Below are positions 60,319 to 64,000 of a stretch of DNA of 64,000 nucleotides, in pieces. The stretch spans positions 2,914,001 through 2,978,000 of the forward strand of contig JBLDXI010000001.1 of NCBI GenBank assembly GCA_047495785.1, given 5' to 3'. This DNA is from Lepidodermella squamata. Its lineage: Eukaryota; Animalia; Gastrotricha. The position numbers and the translations under genes are program-made. Within the stretch, counting starts at the first letter, position 1; each line of letters begins with the position of its first letter. Under the pieces are notes generated by a model. That model saw only the letters and a list, made by a program, of their open reading frames with translations. It was not told the origin of the DNA and searched no databases.

Positions 60319-63286
60319 ATGCTGGTTGTAGCCACCCTGGTGCTACTGTTCTTACCATGCGTTACGGCGAAATCAAAGCGAAACGACCAACTTACCACAT
60401 CGACACCGGCTTCGACGGCTCTGGTAGTCTCAACGTCGCCGGATGATAGCGACAAAGCAGGTCGGTCGAGTGGGCGGGGTGCGGATACTTGTGTATCTTT
60501 TATGGCGCTCGCGGGTGCCCGAAAGTGCGGTCGAGGGTGTACGGCTGGTTATACCTGCCGGAATGAAAAACGGCGATGTCTCTGCGATGGTGTTTGCGGT
60601 CGAAGTTGTGTGATACCAAGTAAAGTCGTTACTTTAAGCTCAATTTGTTCAGTTTACACCTTTCCCAACAGATCGTCCTTGCGTTAAACCGAAACTTGAA
60701 AATGGCAAGGTCGAGTTGGTGCCGTTTAACAGATTCGGAGCCGAGGCTATATACAGCGTACGTCTCTTGACTTGAATCACCTTAAAGCATTTAGAGGGAA
60801 ACCATTTTTCATTTAGTGTAACAATGGCTTTGTGCTTTCGGGTCCTAACCGGCGCGTTTGCCAAGGCGATGGCCAGTGGTCGGATGAAGAGCCACGCTGC
60901 GAGAAAGAGGTCATGTGTACAGCTCCGCCCCAAGTCCGGCATTCCTTCCATAACGGCTTCCCAGAGGATGAAAATGCTCGCTACTCAATAGGAACTCAAA
61001 TCCGTTATACTTGCCTCCCTGGTTTCCAAATGTTCGGCTTCCCTAAGGCTATGTGCCTCGCTGGTCGGTGGATGGGGCCTCGTTTAGCTTGCTCACCTCG
61101 AAACTGCGGCGACCCGGGGCCCTTGCAGGATGGGCGTATGGAGGGCGCGTTATTCTACGTGGGACACTCTGTTGTCTTCATCTGCGACGCCGGGTTCGAG
61201 CTAGTGGGTGATGCTTATCGGAAGTGCTTAGCGAACGGAACGTGGTCCGGTCAACAGCCGCGCTGTTCTCCGATCACCTGTCCTCAGGTTTACGCACCTC
61301 AGAACGGACATATTGTCGCGCATAACAACAGCATTGGAGGATTGGTCAAAGTTTCATGCCTCCCTGGTTACCTACTTCACGGCGACGAAGAGCGAATATG
61401 CCAGAGGGATAGACGTAAGTGCCTCTTCAACGTTTAGTTAGTTCGACAACTTGAAGAATATCTGGTGCGGGTTGCGATAATCTTGGATTTATTCCTTATC
61501 TATGTTTTAGGTTGGAGCGGGCGTCGTGCTAACTGTACCAAGATCGAATGCGGTGAGATTGGCCACCTTCCAAACGGGCGCGTGGTTTACACAGGGTCCG
61601 GCTTGGGGGCTGTGGCTTACTTCCGATGCGAGCCACATGCCTCACCGTTCCCACCGCTCGCTCCTTTGAGAGCAGTGTGCCTTCGCGAAGCTCGTTGGAG
61701 CGACACCCCTCCTCAATGCCTCGCTAACTGCCGCATTGTCTTCACAGCTGATGGGGAGCTGCTTGTTAACAACACCCGTCCTTCCCCATACCAGTACACT
61801 CTAAGTGGTCACAGGGTGCAGTTGACCTGCAACGCGACTGGCTACAGACTCCATCCCCCGATCGGTATACTCCAGTGCCGAAACGGGTCTTGGTACGAAT
61901 CTGGACCGACAGAGAGCGATACTCCAATCGGAACCTTGCCGACATGCCAACCGTTGTCATGCACCGATGCGCCTCCTGCGATTGAGAATGGACTGGTCCG
62001 CTGGCGGCCGTCAACTCACGGCGAACGGGCTTTCTACGTCTGCATTGCTGGCTACGTCTTGGTCGGAAATGACTCTCTAACCTGCTCATTCGGACGATGG
62101 GCCCCGTCAGGTGGGTCGCTTCCAACATGCCGCGAGTCATTCTGCGCGTATCCAGGCGCTTTGCTGAATGGCGACATCGTCATCCTTGGACGCTTTGGGC
62201 TCTACGAATTCACGCCAGAGGTTAGCCGACTACGGCACGGCGAACAAATCGAGTTCGTCTGCAAGCCAGACTACCGCCTTATCGGATCACGGAAGGCTAC
62301 ATGCGTTAACGGGCGCTGGTCACCCGCTTTCAAGCCTCTTTGCATTCAAAGTGAGTTTCGGAACTTTGGCGCAGTTATGAATATTTTATTTGCTGCCAGA
62401 CAGCATTTACTTCCGTGATTTAGACCCGAACCCGGAACATGCAGCGGCGTGGGCTCTCGCTAGTGGCAACAACTTTTCGTTGCCATCAGTAATGAGGCGC
62501 CCCGCTGCTGATGTGTCCGGGATCCAGTTGTATCGTAGTCGGCGTGACGCTGACCGCGTTACTATCTCACAGAGTAAGATCCCTTCCAATGCCCATCTCT
62601 TACTTGGCTATTCTTTCATATGAACAATATCAGCTTTCATCTTTCATCTTTTCTTCAATTTTCTAAGGCAAGTCCCAACTTTCTCTATCTGCTCTATCAG
62701 CGCATGCAAAAAGGCTTCCGAAATGACCGCTCACACTTTCTATAGCGCACCCTTAATATAAAACGTTTCCGAACTTTCATTTTGTGGTTCAATTGTTTCA
62801 GAGAACTGCGAAGCAATACTCAGCGCTGAGTACCGGCGCGTTGAAGCTGTCAACTCTTTCAAACTCCTCGGCGAGCAAAACTCCCAGCAGTCACAGACCT
62901 CACTTCACCAACAACAGTGGCTACAACGCGATCAAAAAGCCCAAGTTCAAGTGTCACTAACCGGCGCCGGAATCGACCCTGCCACAGCCGCGACCGAGAC
63001 AGTCCGCATCAATTGCCCACCTGGGCTGCGGCCCGTGCCTCCGGACGCCATAGCCACATGTATCGGTGGCAAGTGGTACCCGGCCGTGCCGTCTTGTGTT
63101 GCGATGGCTGAAACGCCGCCTAGCAGCAACACCGGGCTGAAAAAACGCGCGCATGGTGATAACAGCAATTTTTACAACGCAGCAGCTATGTACACTCGGG
63201 CAAGTCATTACGTGGATCCTTACTCGGACAATCGTGACGACGACGAGCGTATTGTTGTGCTGTCGGCTGATGATAACAGGCTGTAA
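60319..63286 (+). CDS. lev-9: Secreted WAP + multiple sushi/CCP domain protein (LEV-9 / Hig-Hasp-like), about 5 exons
   Basis: Signal peptide; WAP-like C..GC...CRNEKRRCLCDGVCGRSC; about 8-9 CCP repeats (C..P...G....Y.C..G[FY].L.G....C...G.W....P.C). Exons ~60319-60618, 60672-60757, 60817-61414, 61511-62350, ~62803-63286. Confidence 0.85.
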
Positions 63287-63463
63287 CGATCACGGCGGAA
63301 ATCTGTAATACGACTGATTCCTGTTAACAGTGCAATCAACGTGTTCTTTTGATATAGCTGAATGTCTTTTTTATGCCTATTTATGTGTGCCAATAATGAA
63401 TTTGATAACTACTGTTGATAAATAAAGGAAAATTTACGAACTTCAAAAGCGTCCTATGCAACG

Positions 63464-63551
63464 CCGAGAAAGAAATCCGGGAAAATTCGGTCTATAAAAC
63501 CGAGTAAAGTACCGAACCGGGTACTTTCGGGTTTTTTCGGGTTTTCTTCGG
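63464..63551. repeat. Imperfect palindrome or MITE remnant
   Basis: Core AAAGTACC-gaaccg-GGTACTTT (63506-63527), with outer arms CCGAGAAAGAAATCCGGGAAAA / TTTTTTCGGGTTTTCTTCGG. Confidence 0.4.
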
Positions 63552-64000
63552 TAAAAATTGCAATAAGAATCATCTTGCAATGACTAGCGAAAAATTCCTT
63601 TGCGCCAGGTCGGGTCAAAGTTAATCGCCGCCGAATTCACCAGATGTTTATGACATTCACTTGTACTTGTATACAGAAAATTTTGAAACTTGACCTAATT
63701 TTCCCTTATTTTCTGCAATTCTCAAAAAATTACTCCAAGATTTTTAAGTGTAATTTTTGCCTTGAGGGCGAGATAAGACGGACATAATCCCTGACAATGT
63801 CCCGTTTACTTAGAATAGAGAGATTATGCGATGAGCCATGAGCTCGCAGAAAAACCTTTCAATCGATATGCAACATTTTATTTTTATTCACTCAATGCTT
63901 TGTTTTATATGGGGCGACAATGTGCACCATGATTTGCTTTCTCAAAAATAATTGGCGCAAAAACCAGGCCTATATGGCTCATCGATCGATTTCGAATCGT

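Noticed and set aside
1-64000. CRISPR arrays, rRNA, prokaryotic operons or defence systems
   Set aside because: The sequence is spliceosomal-intron-containing animal DNA; no repeat-spacer array or rRNA-like tract was seen.

Overview
This is eukaryotic, not prokaryotic, DNA: a compact invertebrate animal genome with AT-rich intergenic DNA and many ~50-nt GT-AG introns. The ORF track therefore fragments most genes and misses some. Manual splicing supports about 15 protein-coding genes. Minus strand: IMMP1L, Siah, KIAA2013, a transmembrane semaphorin, a small Cys/Lys-rich orphan, a secreted Cys-domain plus K/D/S/E-rich protein, an atypical H-NOX soluble guanylate cyclase with a dead cyclase domain, and a GABA-B-like class C GPCR. 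Plus strand: ODR-4, CRP/MLP, a signal-peptide plus sushi plus ankyrin protein, TRAPPC4, an LDLa-TM-PPxY protein, glycogen synthase, DNA polymerase beta and a LEV-9-like protein. Mobile DNA comprises one intact RTE-type LINE with a 12-bp target-site duplication inside a semaphorin intron, several MITEs, a SINE-like head inside a hairpin, and decayed transposase fragments. The most unusual items are (1) the secreted polyampholyte gene, which carries a candidate alternative GPI-anchor exon, (2) the O2-type H-NOX pseudo-cyclase ending in a CaaX motif, (3) a secreted ankyrin protein, and (4) co-oriented gene clusters with apparently unpaired splice acceptors, suggesting operons and SL trans-splicing. 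All family calls come from motif recognition; no database search was run.
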